Shown: in pieces, positions 40,931 to 49,769 of the stretch
Layout of the letters: every line of letters begins with the position of its first letter
Position numbering within the stretch: position 1 is the first letter of the stretch
Translations under genes and position numbers: made by a program
From: a virus
IMG/VR virus record: IMGVR_UViG_3300022804_000001
Length of the DNA stretch: 64,000 bases
Reading direction: 5' to 3' (one strand)
The notes under the pieces: generated by a model
What the model saw: the letters and a program-made list of their open reading frames with translations, nothing else
The model's database searches: none
Told to the model about the DNA's origin: nothing

Positions 40931-40958
40931 GGATAGGTGGGGAAAACCCCATCCTAAC

Positions 40959-41189
40959 CTATTCAACTGTCATCTCGTTTAGCATATCTTCACAAGCGAT
41001 TCTGAAATCGTGTAGTTTTGCGAGTGCGTTGTGTTTCTTCTCTGTTTCCGGCACTTCTTCGGTGATAAGTTTCTGTGCGTTATGAATTCTTCTCTCAAGC
41101 GATACCCTGAGTTTCTGTGTGGGTAATGCGTCCTCTACAGCGTTTTTTTCATCGTTATGATGATGTGTAATTTTGTCTAAAATACCCAT
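40959..41189 (-). CDS. hypothetical small protein
   Basis: 76-aa ATG ORF immediately downstream of the endolysin. Confidence 0.55.
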   Translation of the reverse strand: MGILDKITHHHNDEKNAVEDALPTQKLRVSLERRIHNAQKLITEEVPETEKKHNALAKLHDFRIACEDMLNEMTVE

Positions 41190-41192
41190 CTT

Positions 41193-42026
41193 TTATTCTC
41201 CTTTCAGATTGAAATACTTTTCATCACCGGTGTCTATCACCAGTGATACATGGTTATAGCGCGAATAGTTTTTTCGTGCTGCTTCTGATAACAATAACTC
41301 ACTGGCAGCCTTTTTCCAGTCCTGTGTTTTGACAGCGTCAATGAATTTCACAAACCCTTTGAAGTGCGGCAAGCCTAAGTTGTAAATAATGTCCAAGATT
41401 GCTTCTTGTCGGACTGTATCTATTTTATGCCAATCGCTACCGAACACACGCACTGCGTCTGTTAGAACAGACTTCAGATCATCTGCTAACAGGAGGTGCA
41501 TATCGTGTTTGGTTAGGGGTTTGGTAAATATCTGTTTTGCGGATTCAATAGAACTGATCTTGATACGTCCTTGTTGGATAGTCGCTGATTCAATAAGCAG
41601 ATCATAATCAAGGTTTGGGACAATTGCGCGGAGTTCTGCTGTTGTGACACCGTTTGTTTGGAGTGACCGACCGATTCCGATGGTCACAATTCCTTCTGAA
41701 TCGAGATACGGTTCTGGTTGGACACCTTCTTCAGCAATTATTAACTTTGCTATTCGAGATAGAGGCATACCCGACCTATTTTCCAACATATTGATATGTT
41801 TAATATGCGGATTCGGTTCAGTTGGTATCGGTGCATCTATTGCAGGTGCTGGTTGCGTCTCAATACTTTTGATTTTATTTTCAATACGAACATCCCATGT
41901 GACGACATATACCAACACAGCGATAATGGTGATTACCCATAAGATCTGCAGTGAATATGGTAATATTTTCTTAATCATTGTTTTATACCTTGATGGTTCT
42001 TGCCAGTGAATCTTATTCATTTTCAT
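41193..42026 (-). CDS. GH24 (T4-type) lysozyme endolysin with N-terminal membrane anchor
   Basis: 277 aa. EEGVQPEPYLDSEGIVTIGIGR reproduces the T4 lysozyme catalytic spacing E-x8-D-x5-T. N-terminal TM ILWVITIIAVLVYVVTW plus a Pro-rich linker. Confidence 0.85.
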   Translation of the reverse strand: MKMNKIHWQEPSRYKTMIKKILPYSLQILWVITIIAVLVYVVTWDVRIENKIKSIETQPAPAIDAPIPTEPNPHIKHINMLENRSGMPLSRIAKLIIAEEGVQPEPYLDSEGIVTIGIGRSLQTNGVTTAELRAIVPNLDYDLLIESATIQQGRIKISSIESAKQIFTKPLTKHDMHLLLADDLKSVLTDAVRVFGSDWHKIDTVRQEAILDIIYNLGLPHFKGFVKFIDAVKTQDWKKAASELLLSEAARKNYSRYNHVSLVIDTGDEKYFNLKGE

Positions 42027-42331
42027 TCACGCTGGACATGTTTTTGATGTTCTTTTTCAGCAATATCATGCACCTTATGCATAGCATCTTGTATTGTTAA
42101 CAAGACCTCTTTGTCGACACCGGCTTTATGTAATTCAGATACAAAATGGAGCACTTGACCGGATGTGGTGACAATCCCTAATACCGAATGTGTCTTGTCA
42201 TCTATCGCAGTGATCTGATCCGAGATTTTTTGTTCCGCCTCTATTGCAGATGCACAACCGGACAGGAATGAACAAAACACGATTATTAAAGCGAATGCTA
42301 TAAATAAGATAAGCAGTTGTGTTGTTTTCAC
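42023..42331 (-). CDS. lipoprotein (spanin-like position)
   Basis: 102 aa, GTG start 7 nt after AAGGAG. Lipobox FLSGC. The C-terminal segment is paralogous to 42398-42577. Confidence 0.6.
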   Translation of the reverse strand: MKTTQLLILFIAFALIIVFCSFLSGCASAIEAEQKISDQITAIDDKTHSVLGIVTTSGQVLHFVSELHKAGVDKEVLLTIQDAMHKVHDIAEKEHQKHVQRE

Positions 42332-42397
42332 GATATTTCTCCTTTTATAAATTTATAAGTTGGCGGGCAGTGGAGTAGACGACACTGCCCATAAGTT

Positions 42398-42577
42398 CTA
42401 ATCTTGATGAGATCGGACATGTTTGGCATGATGGTCATCAACAAGATCATGCAACTCTTGTATAAAGTTGTTCACCTCATCTATGATCGCTGTATCCACA
42501 CCTTTATTGTGAAGATCAAGGATCATCTGAGCAGCCTTGTGAAGTAGTTTCAAACCGAGTAAAAGTGTTCCAAACAT
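42398..42577 (-). CDS. small protein paralogous to the C-terminus of the lipoprotein (not in the ORF track)
   Basis: 59 aa: MFGTLLLGLKLLHKAAQMILDLHNKGVDTAIIDEVNNFIQELHDLVDDHHAKHVRSHQD. AAGGAG RBS and TAAATG coupling. It aligns with ELHKAGVDKEVLLTIQDAMHKVHDIAEKEHQKHVQRE in the lipoprotein. Confidence 0.55.
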   Translation of the reverse strand: MFGTLLLGLKLLHKAAQMILDLHNKGVDTAIIDEVNNFIQELHDLVDDHHAKHVRSHQD

Positions 42578-42835
42578 TTATGATCTCCTTTTTCGTTGTA
42601 AAATCTTTTCAAATGCGTCAAATATGTTTCCCAATGTTTGTAAAATGTTTGGGATCAGCTGTGCCATGTGCCACAATGCTAATAGTATGATACTGTGATG
42701 GAATTTTAGAAATAGACCATCAAAGAGTGTTGTCAATAATAAGATCAAGCCTACAGAAAATTGTAAATACGGGTTTTGAACAATACGATGAACGCAACCC
42801 ATTTTATGGGGCGCGTGCTCCGTAGGCGTTTTCAT
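42578..42835 (-). CDS. holin-like two-TM protein
   Basis: ATG at 42835 lies 7 nt after AAGGTG. Two hydrophobic helices and a strongly basic C-terminus (KILQRKRRS). It sits upstream of the endolysin. Confidence 0.5.
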   Translation of the reverse strand: MKTPTEHAPHKMGCVHRIVQNPYLQFSVGLILLLTTLFDGLFLKFHHSIILLALWHMAQLIPNILQTLGNIFDAFEKILQRKRRS

Positions 42836-43184
42836 GCTTATCACCTTCGAAAAAGCCTAAAACGATTATTGAGATTAAAAAACCGATCACAGGTATATAA
42901 TTCAAAATCGTGTAATAGCCTTCCCTGTTGAGGTCATGCCATCTCTTTGTGTTCAAGGCAATATGCATCCAAAAACAGGTGATACCAATTACAGATCCTA
43001 TTGTTAGATTGTGTAGACTAAACATTTTCCATGTGAGTTGGTGTGGTATACTAAAGTGAAAAATAAAAGACAGTAGGGCAGCTATCAGAACCGCAAGCAG
43101 ATTGCCAAGCCACCAACGGCTTCTACCGATCCGTCCGTTTGTATTGAATAATAAATGTACTATGTTTCTCTGTTCGTTATTCAT
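42804..43184 (-). CDS. DUF805 family inner-membrane protein
   Basis: 126 aa, AGGAGG RBS. GRIGRSRWW ... KRWHDLNREGYY ... IPVIGFLISIIVLGFFEG ... NAYG matches the DUF805 (YhaH-like) pattern. Confidence 0.75.
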   Translation of the reverse strand: MNNEQRNIVHLLFNTNGRIGRSRWWLGNLLAVLIAALLSFIFHFSIPHQLTWKMFSLHNLTIGSVIGITCFWMHIALNTKRWHDLNREGYYTILNYIPVIGFLISIIVLGFFEGDKHENAYGARAP

Positions 43185-43491
43185 CTGGTTCCTCCTTTAT
43201 AGGTTGACAAACTTAAGATTTGTAAAGAAATCGATCATATCTGTGTCTGTGATAAGGCTATCCAGCACAGAGATAAATGCTTTTGTTGAAAGGGTTGTGT
43301 GAGGATGCACCGTCTCAAAGACGGATGCAAACGTACCAGGATACTTTGTTTCAATGTAGCTAATGATTGTATGTGAGTCTGGTCACCAGATTTCTATAGA
43401 ACATTATTGTTTTCCTTTCTATCAAACGTGTATCCAATTCCGATTATTTCCGTTTATTCGGACAAATACAAACAACATAGGACAACTCTGT

Positions 43492-43917
43492 ATGTCAAAA
43501 TTATCTGTTACGGAAGCTTTGAAACTCGTTGATGTTTCTAAAACGACACTCTATGCAGACATCTCAAAAGGTATTCTTTCTTGCGATGTTGACGCAAAAG
43601 GACGAAAACAAATTGACCCTTCTGAACTACAACGTGTCTATGGCGCGTTGAAGGCGGAACAAAACGGGACACCCAATTTGAACAATTCTAAACAGAATCA
43701 AACACATTCAATACCTTCTGAAAATGACCCTGAGATCGTCTCATTGCTGAAATCCCAGATTGAACGTCTTGAAACAGAAGTGTCTGTCGCACGCGAACGT
43801 GAACAAAACTTGATGGAAATGCTCGCTGTTGAACAACAAAAGACACTCCGGATACTACCCGCACCCAAAGAGAATAAAAAACGATGGACACTTCGAAATA
43901 TATTCCGACTCACTTGA
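43492..43917 (+). CDS. MerR/excisionase-type HTH protein with coiled-coil tail, opposite strand
   Basis: ATG at 43492 (the track start at 43363 lies upstream in frame). LSVTEALKLVDVSKTTLYADISKGIL is HTH_17/Xis-like. Confidence 0.6.
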   Translation: MSKLSVTEALKLVDVSKTTLYADISKGILSCDVDAKGRKQIDPSELQRVYGALKAEQNGTPNLNNSKQNQTHSIPSENDPEIVSLLKSQIERLETEVSVAREREQNLMEMLAVEQQKTLRILPAPKENKKRWTLRNIFRLT

Positions 43918-43923
43918 GTTCAT

Positions 43924-44679
43924 CTAATGAACGCCAGCAGCGTCTAATATCTGTTTCAGCACTGCATCCACTTGATCGTTTGTGTAAATAACACTGGGAC
44001 CAAACTCAAGGGCACTCGAACTGATGACGAGCAGCTCTATTTCTATCGTTTCTTGCACTGTGATAGAATTCGGAGCGAGTGCCTCAATAAATTCCATGAT
44101 TTGATCGCGACCGTGCGGTGGATCGTTTGCGTATTCCTCAAGCACGCCGATTTTATCGGGAATGTCCCCCCATGCAAAGGTAATACCACCCGGTAGTTCT
44201 AAATCTATTTCGTTAGGATAGACAGGATATTTCTTTGCTGCTTTTAGACTGGTACGGATTGCTTTCTGAATAGAAACTGCTTCAAACGCATGCTCTAACT
44301 TGCCAAATCCTTTGTGAACATCGTCAATCACCTCTTTGGCATATTTCACGATGTCCTGCTTCGCTTCGTCAAGTAGTTCATTTATCTCTTTCTTTGCATC
44401 TGATGCGACTTTCAAAACTTCAGACTTTACGTCATCTGCGAGATGTTCTACCTTCTTCTCAACTTCATGAAATGCCTTTTCTACAACATTATCCACGATG
44501 TTTAACTCCTTTAGCGCGGCATTAGCCGCTGATTCTACACCTTGTGCAACACTTTCAGCCGTTTGCTTTGCTGTGTGTTCAACTTCATGCTCAACTTGTG
44601 AACCCGTTCGTTCAACAGTATGCACAGCTTGGTTTGCTGCGTGTTGCACCTTATGTTTTAGTTTCTTTAAAAAACTCAT
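43924..44679 (-). CDS. hypothetical protein with N-terminal amphipathic helical repeats
   Basis: 251 aa, GAGGAG RBS. Repeated HxVE / AKQ-type helical segments. Confidence 0.6.
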   Translation of the reverse strand: MSFLKKLKHKVQHAANQAVHTVERTGSQVEHEVEHTAKQTAESVAQGVESAANAALKELNIVDNVVEKAFHEVEKKVEHLADDVKSEVLKVASDAKKEINELLDEAKQDIVKYAKEVIDDVHKGFGKLEHAFEAVSIQKAIRTSLKAAKKYPVYPNEIDLELPGGITFAWGDIPDKIGVLEEYANDPPHGRDQIMEFIEALAPNSITVQETIEIELLVISSSALEFGPSVIYTNDQVDAVLKQILDAAGVH

Positions 44680-44722
44680 AATCGTCTCCTCATGTCAATG
44701 GTTTCTTGACAACCCGTATCAT

Positions 44723-45493
44723 TTATCTCGGAGGACCGTAGGCGACATACATGGATGCCGAGTTGTTACCTGCAGCACAAGCATCCTCACGTAACGTCAC
44801 CTGAATCTTACCAGAACCTTGTTCGGGGGCGGTCACTTTCGCTTCCATAAAACTACCATTGCCATGCAGATGAGAGACCTGTCCAACATCCGAACTAAGA
44901 TCATCTAAATTGACCCCACTCACATTGCGATCCCAAATGATTGCTATTCGCATCGATTCAGCATGTGCGAGATAACGACGTTCCGGATATACCCAACCTG
45001 TCGCTTTTTTGCCCCAACTGAAATTCAGTGTATCGTGTTCAAACGGCTCACCTATTACTTCGTTGTTGCGATATGCAAATGATAAGAGAAGTTCTCCAGA
45101 TTGAAGAAAACCGTAATGTTGTTGCGGGGCTTTCAACGATACCTTATACAGCTTTGGCGATAACTTCTCAAAATTGCTCAGCTCTGGTAAACGTATTGCA
45201 TTATCATGTCGAAGACGATTTGTGATACTATTTCCATCATGATCTATCACACTATAATCAAGATCATCCAACTCAAAGCCAGACACATCCTTATTCCAAC
45301 GAATCTTGACTGGTACAGATTCGCCATTCCCTAAAGCAAACGGATTGTTATAAGACGATTCTGATGTAAAAGTCGCGCGTGCTAACTGTGCGCGAACAAT
45401 CTTAACTGACATAATAATCCCTACAGAAAATATAGCCATCAAGCACAGGATTGTAAGAAACGATCGTTTGTTAATACCTCGAAAATACTTCAT
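44723..45493 (-). CDS. membrane-anchored/exported protein with two Ig-like repeats
   Basis: 256 aa with an N-terminal TM. Repeats VPVKIRWNKDVSGFELDDLDYSV and MRIAIIWDRNVSGVNLDDLSSDV...AAGNNSAS, resembling bacterial SbsA/Big_5-type Ig domains. Confidence 0.6.
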   Translation of the reverse strand: MKYFRGINKRSFLTILCLMAIFSVGIIMSVKIVRAQLARATFTSESSYNNPFALGNGESVPVKIRWNKDVSGFELDDLDYSVIDHDGNSITNRLRHDNAIRLPELSNFEKLSPKLYKVSLKAPQQHYGFLQSGELLLSFAYRNNEVIGEPFEHDTLNFSWGKKATGWVYPERRYLAHAESMRIAIIWDRNVSGVNLDDLSSDVGQVSHLHGNGSFMEAKVTAPEQGSGKIQVTLREDACAAGNNSASMYVAYGPPR

Positions 45494-45633
45494 TTGTATA
45501 TACCTCCATATTCACCTTGTTTTATGACAAGGTATGCATTGTGTTTTCCGTCAACGTTACATCTGTTTCGGTTGTTTATAGAATACTGCTTGTAATCTAT
45601 TTTGAGTTGTTTCCTTCTGAAATAGCTAATCAT
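45490..45633 (-). CDS. small basic protein (not in the ORF track)
   Basis: 47 aa: MISYFRRKQLKIDYKQYSINNRNRCNVDGKHNAYLVIKQGEYGGIYK. AAGGAG lies 6 nt before the ATG. The stop overlaps the next start (ATGA). Confidence 0.5.
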   Translation of the reverse strand: MISYFRRKQLKIDYKQYSINNRNRCNVDGKHNAYLVIKQGEYGGIYK

Positions 45634-45666
45634 TTCGTGCTCCTTTCAATTGGTATAAAATCATAA

Positions 45667-46731
45667 CTATATCTGACGCGCCTGTAATATCCCATATCGA
45701 GCACCCTCACTATCTACCCTATCATAAATCCACCAGAGATTATCTGTCGTCGGATTGTAGGTCACACCCGCTACAGCATGCTCCGTTCTAACATCCCTAC
45801 TGCGAACCCTTGTGCCAGAGGTATCACAGCAAAATATATGCTCATTACCACCCGTAAAATGATTTTGCGGTATCCAAAAATGATCATCAGCATACACAAG
45901 ACCCCACTGAGCCTCGCCCAAAACATATCTATCAAAATCATCATAATTTGTCGCCCTCGCTAAGGTAATCGCACCCGACTGCTCAACACCCGATAAATTG
46001 AACTTGCGTATCTGATAATTACGAGCATCTAAACCCCATAGATATGTCCCATCAAACGTCAGACTCTCAATATAAATAGGGTTGCCAGTAATCGTATAAC
46101 CATTAACTAATTCACCCGAACTATTGACCTTATTCAAATAGGCTTCTGTCCTACTATTGTTGCCGCCACACCACCACCAATGCTCCCCATCAAAACATCC
46201 ACCCGACGGTCTAATCGGTGATCCTTCCGATGATTCAAAACTTTCTGTTAACTGCTCTACACCCGCTATATTGAATGCGTTTACATAATCCAGTCTCGGA
46301 TTTATATCAACATCCGTTGTATTAAAAATATAAACACGCTGCGATGATTGATTGAAACCCAGCCCCAAAACAATACGATTCGGGATAAGATTTTCCACAA
46401 AAGCATGCGTACGCGTAATCGTAAACTCATTACTATCCACATTCGGAACACCATCTCTACGCGCCGTAAACTTCAAAGCTATCGTCTGACCCAAAATCGC
46501 CCTATAGTTTAATCGTCCACCACCCCGATACGTCCAGCCGTCAGGTAACGTGTAACCATCCGCAAGCTCAAATCGTGTTTCGCTTGCCGGTTCATTCACA
46601 TAGTTTCGCGACTGGATCTGACGCTGATTAGAATCCTCCCATGTCAAATCAGGCAACGGCTGCCATACAATCGGAACAGGTGGAGCATCCGATTCCACAC
46701 GAAGCTCACACACATCAAAATAATCAGGCAT
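45667..46731 (-). CDS. receptor-binding protein candidate, beta-propeller-like
   Basis: 354 aa. N-terminus MPDYFDVCELRV is shared with two upstream genes. Recurrent Trp-containing blades (GEHWWWCGG, DGTYLWGLD, DDHFWIPQ, TDNLWWIYD). Confidence 0.55.
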   Translation of the reverse strand: MPDYFDVCELRVESDAPPVPIVWQPLPDLTWEDSNQRQIQSRNYVNEPASETRFELADGYTLPDGWTYRGGGRLNYRAILGQTIALKFTARRDGVPNVDSNEFTITRTHAFVENLIPNRIVLGLGFNQSSQRVYIFNTTDVDINPRLDYVNAFNIAGVEQLTESFESSEGSPIRPSGGCFDGEHWWWCGGNNSRTEAYLNKVNSSGELVNGYTITGNPIYIESLTFDGTYLWGLDARNYQIRKFNLSGVEQSGAITLARATNYDDFDRYVLGEAQWGLVYADDHFWIPQNHFTGGNEHIFCCDTSGTRVRSRDVRTEHAVAGVTYNPTTDNLWWIYDRVDSEGARYGILQARQI

Positions 46732-46732
46732 A

Positions 46733-48208
46733 CTACGGATCCGATGTTATCGTGTCTTGATCCATATAAAAACGAGGATACCACCGATGCACCAACGGGC
46801 TATCGGGCGTATTCGGTGCTACAATCGTTGCTGTCCCGGTTTTTTGTGCCGTATAGCCTCCCGTATTATCATAGGCTGAAAGCGTGATACGCGGATCATC
46901 AGACTCCATAACAGGATTACGGTTGTTATCTGCATCTGACTCGCTTTCATGTATCGATACACCATAACCCCTCGCTGCTGGCACACCTCGCGTATAGGTG
47001 AACATAATCATCATCGTAGATCCTTCGTCCATCGTGATGATTTCTTGAACATCTATTTGAGCAGGAACACGATTCAGAATGTCAATAGAATAGGTTGTTT
47101 GCCAATGTTGAACACTGCCATCTCCGTTGTCACGACTAATCCGTGCCAAACCCCAAACCCGTTTATCCGAAGACACATAAGGTAAGTCCATTTGCAGAAC
47201 ACCTGTTTGTGAACCTGTCCGCTGAGTTGGGGATGTCGGTGAAAAAACAAGATTACTCGGTATACCATCTGAAGAAGTCAACCTATTCCTATTATTCTGG
47301 GCATCTGATTGTGAGTTGTAGAAACCCACATGATTAAACTGATTCGCATAAGGTGCTCCAGCATTATAGGTTACAGGTGTGAAAACCCTATACCCTTCTA
47401 TACCCTCACCACTGGTGATCCTGATAGTCGGGGCAATCGTATTCAGAATGGTCAACGTGTACGTTGCATAATCTACAACCGAACCCCCTTGAACAATCTC
47501 TACACGACCATACCAGTTCGTATTTGATGTAACAGCAGGAAGAGACGTGCTATAAGAAATACTGCCATCCCGTTCACGAATCGGTTGTCCTGATAACCCC
47601 GAAAGTTGTGAACTTGTAGGAGCTATATTCACACTCGGTCTACCACTTGTGATCGGATTCCGATCATTATTCGCATCCGATAGCGAGTTGTGAAACGAAT
47701 GACGGATCTCAGTCGCAAGCGGAGAACCCGCATTATACATAATCGTGGCAGAGAAGTCCGTCATCTCATAAGCACTATGGCTCTGTGCCATGCTAATCGA
47801 TGCCGTTACAGACTGGTAGACACGTATCCGTGTCGTCGATGACGCAGTGCCATAAGAACTTGTTACCGTAAAGACAACATACCAATCTACATAGACCGGA
47901 CTCGTGCCAGGTAATGTTGGAGCAACAACCGTCACCGGTTGCAAACCGCCCGAATTCGCGGGCCATGTACTCCAAGTCCGCTCCGTATAACTTATATCAG
48001 GATTACTGCCTCCTTCGCTTACCGCATTGCGAGCACTGTTCTGCAACACATGCGAAAAATCATTCATCACCGGATAGCCAACGACAACGCTGACATCAAA
48101 CGAAATAGATTGACCCTCATGCACAGTCACCATCGAAGGGGCATAGACCTCTGGAGCTCTATTTGCTCTAACATCAAGCCTGACGACATCAACATAATCT
48201 GGCATCAA
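46733..48208 (-). CDS. tail fibre/spike-associated protein with four tandem ~110-aa domains
   Basis: 491 aa. N-terminus MMPDYVDVVRLDV. The last three domains carry an S-x-SDA-x-N(N/D)RN motif (SLSDANNDRNP, SQSDAQNNRNR, SESDADNNRNP); the first domain is degenerate. Confidence 0.6.
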   Translation of the reverse strand: MMPDYVDVVRLDVRANRAPEVYAPSMVTVHEGQSISFDVSVVVGYPVMNDFSHVLQNSARNAVSEGGSNPDISYTERTWSTWPANSGGLQPVTVVAPTLPGTSPVYVDWYVVFTVTSSYGTASSTTRIRVYQSVTASISMAQSHSAYEMTDFSATIMYNAGSPLATEIRHSFHNSLSDANNDRNPITSGRPSVNIAPTSSQLSGLSGQPIRERDGSISYSTSLPAVTSNTNWYGRVEIVQGGSVVDYATYTLTILNTIAPTIRITSGEGIEGYRVFTPVTYNAGAPYANQFNHVGFYNSQSDAQNNRNRLTSSDGIPSNLVFSPTSPTQRTGSQTGVLQMDLPYVSSDKRVWGLARISRDNGDGSVQHWQTTYSIDILNRVPAQIDVQEIITMDEGSTMMIMFTYTRGVPAARGYGVSIHESESDADNNRNPVMESDDPRITLSAYDNTGGYTAQKTGTATIVAPNTPDSPLVHRWYPRFYMDQDTITSDP

Positions 48209-48508
48209 CTACGCCTCATACACAAACCTATTACTTTCAGTGTTCGGGATACCATGAGCACTCTGACAGACATGTGCAGCCACATAAATCTCCGCTGTCG
48301 CATCTGTTTGGACATCTACCAAAAACTGAGTGCCGTTACCTCTAAAGTCGCTTAGTGTTCCACCAGTAATCTCAATATCCGTTTCTGCGAAATCTATAAC
48401 TCGCTCTGAAAATGTAATAAGAATCACATTGTCCCGAAAGATAGAAATCTCACAAGACGGCGTCGTATACAACAGACGCAGAATAAACGGTATCCTTACT
48501 TCACGCAT
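48209..48508 (-). CDS. small Ig-like domain protein
   Basis: 99 aa. ITFSERVIDFAETDIEITGGTLSDFRGNGTQFLVDV follows the same Ig-like pattern as 55161-56717 and 44723-45493. Confidence 0.5.
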   Translation of the reverse strand: MREVRIPFILRLLYTTPSCEISIFRDNVILITFSERVIDFAETDIEITGGTLSDFRGNGTQFLVDVQTDATAEIYVAAHVCQSAHGIPNTESNRFVYEA

Positions 48509-48867
48509 TATGTGCCCTGATCTACAACCAGATAAGCATAAAGAGTCGCTGCAGAAACACCGCTATTGACAGTTAACAATAGCTTCGCTGTCCCCGCTGT
48601 CATATCAATGTCTCTAAACTCATGGGAGTAAGCATTCTCGTCATCAGCTCCTAATCTGTTGTTTCGATCCGAATCCGTGAATAACTGCAAACGAGAATTA
48701 CGAAGTTGTGCCTCAGTAATCGGAGGTCCCCCACGATCAAACGTCACATCAAACTCTATACCTTGACCAATATAGACTTCCAAAGTGTTATCACTATCAA
48801 TCGTTACCGTCGGTTCAGATGTCGCAACAACACTCAATTGGATCGGAATCAACCTTTCATCCGGCAT
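48508..48867 (-). CDS. single-domain paralogue of the 46733-48208 repeat
   Basis: 119 aa. N-terminus MPDERLIPIQLSV. FTDSDRNNRLG motif. Confidence 0.55.
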   Translation of the reverse strand: MPDERLIPIQLSVVATSEPTVTIDSDNTLEVYIGQGIEFDVTFDRGGPPITEAQLRNSRLQLFTDSDRNNRLGADDENAYSHEFRDIDMTAGTAKLLLTVNSGVSAATLYAYLVVDQGT

Positions 48868-49769
48868 TAACTACTCCAGTAGTCTGCGGTACTATTGTAA
48901 TCCGCAGGAATATTATGATAAGTTCTATCTGTTGTTTGCCCATGAGAATTAATAACATCTAAGGTGAAATCAGAAACACGATCAACATCGCCAACACCCG
49001 TCAAATCCCACGTGCGAACCCATAACGCACCAAAATCAGGTCCCGACGGATAACCCGTTGACGCAGCTTTCAATCGCTGAAAAAACTCCACATTGTAAGC
49101 ACCATCACCATCAGGATCAAGTGTCCTGGGACCCTTAATCGATTCCTTCACTATCGATTCAACAATAAGCCAGTCAAAAGTGCCAGAAACCCCCATGTCA
49201 TACATCAACTTGATAACATAGTCCGCACTCCGAAGCCAATAGCCTAAGTGCGTCGTGATGTTCGGAACAAGATCAGCATACTCAGGAGCTTCCAAAAGCC
49301 ACGCCTTTTTCTGAGCACGCCACGCTCGGATTTTAGCAATCGCACGCGCTTTTTTCTCGGTATCTGTCAACGCACCCGGTATCCACGCCGGTTGTGTACC
49401 ACTCGGTGTTTCTGCCGAATCCGTTTCACCAGATACTTTGAACACAGTCGCTGCAGCACTGTGCTCTATCACTTGGTAATCAGGTCTCGGTAGTGATACA
49501 CCCGGTGGAACTACCCCTGCTATCCAAACATGCACATCGGAACTATCAATCAGGTAGCGATAAATCGTATCCGCATAGCCGTTCGGTGTGTTCAGACTTT
49601 CAGTCGTCCGAGATGATGTCCTAAAATCAAAATCAGTGACAATATCAACGCCAGCAACAACACGCTTGATTTGAAGATGTCTATCCGAAAGAACTAATAT
49701 CTTTTTCACTTCAGGCGCAAGCGGCACAGCCGATTGTCTCACATAGTTGATATACAGTTTCGTTGCCAT
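48867..49769 (-). CDS. hypothetical tail-module protein
   Basis: 300-aa ORF coupled to both neighbours by 1-nt overlaps. Confidence 0.6.
   Translation of the reverse strand: MATKLYINYVRQSAVPLAPEVKKILVLSDRHLQIKRVVAGVDIVTDFDFRTSSRTTESLNTPNGYADTIYRYLIDSSDVHVWIAGVVPPGVSLPRPDYQVIEHSAAATVFKVSGETDSAETPSGTQPAWIPGALTDTEKKARAIAKIRAWRAQKKAWLLEAPEYADLVPNITTHLGYWLRSADYVIKLMYDMGVSGTFDWLIVESIVKESIKGPRTLDPDGDGAYNVEFFQRLKAASTGYPSGPDFGALWVRTWDLTGVGDVDRVSDFTLDVINSHGQTTDRTYHNIPADYNSTADYWSS

Noticed and set aside
43197-43383. Minus-strand open frame (...HTIISYIETKYPGTFASVFETVHPHTTLSTKAFISVLDSLITDTDMIDFFTNLKFVNL*) upstream of the DUF805 gene
   Set aside because: It has no ATG, or RBS-supported GTG/TTG, that would give more than 13-37 aa, and it is bounded upstream by an in-frame TGA. 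It is possibly a decayed gene but cannot be called.
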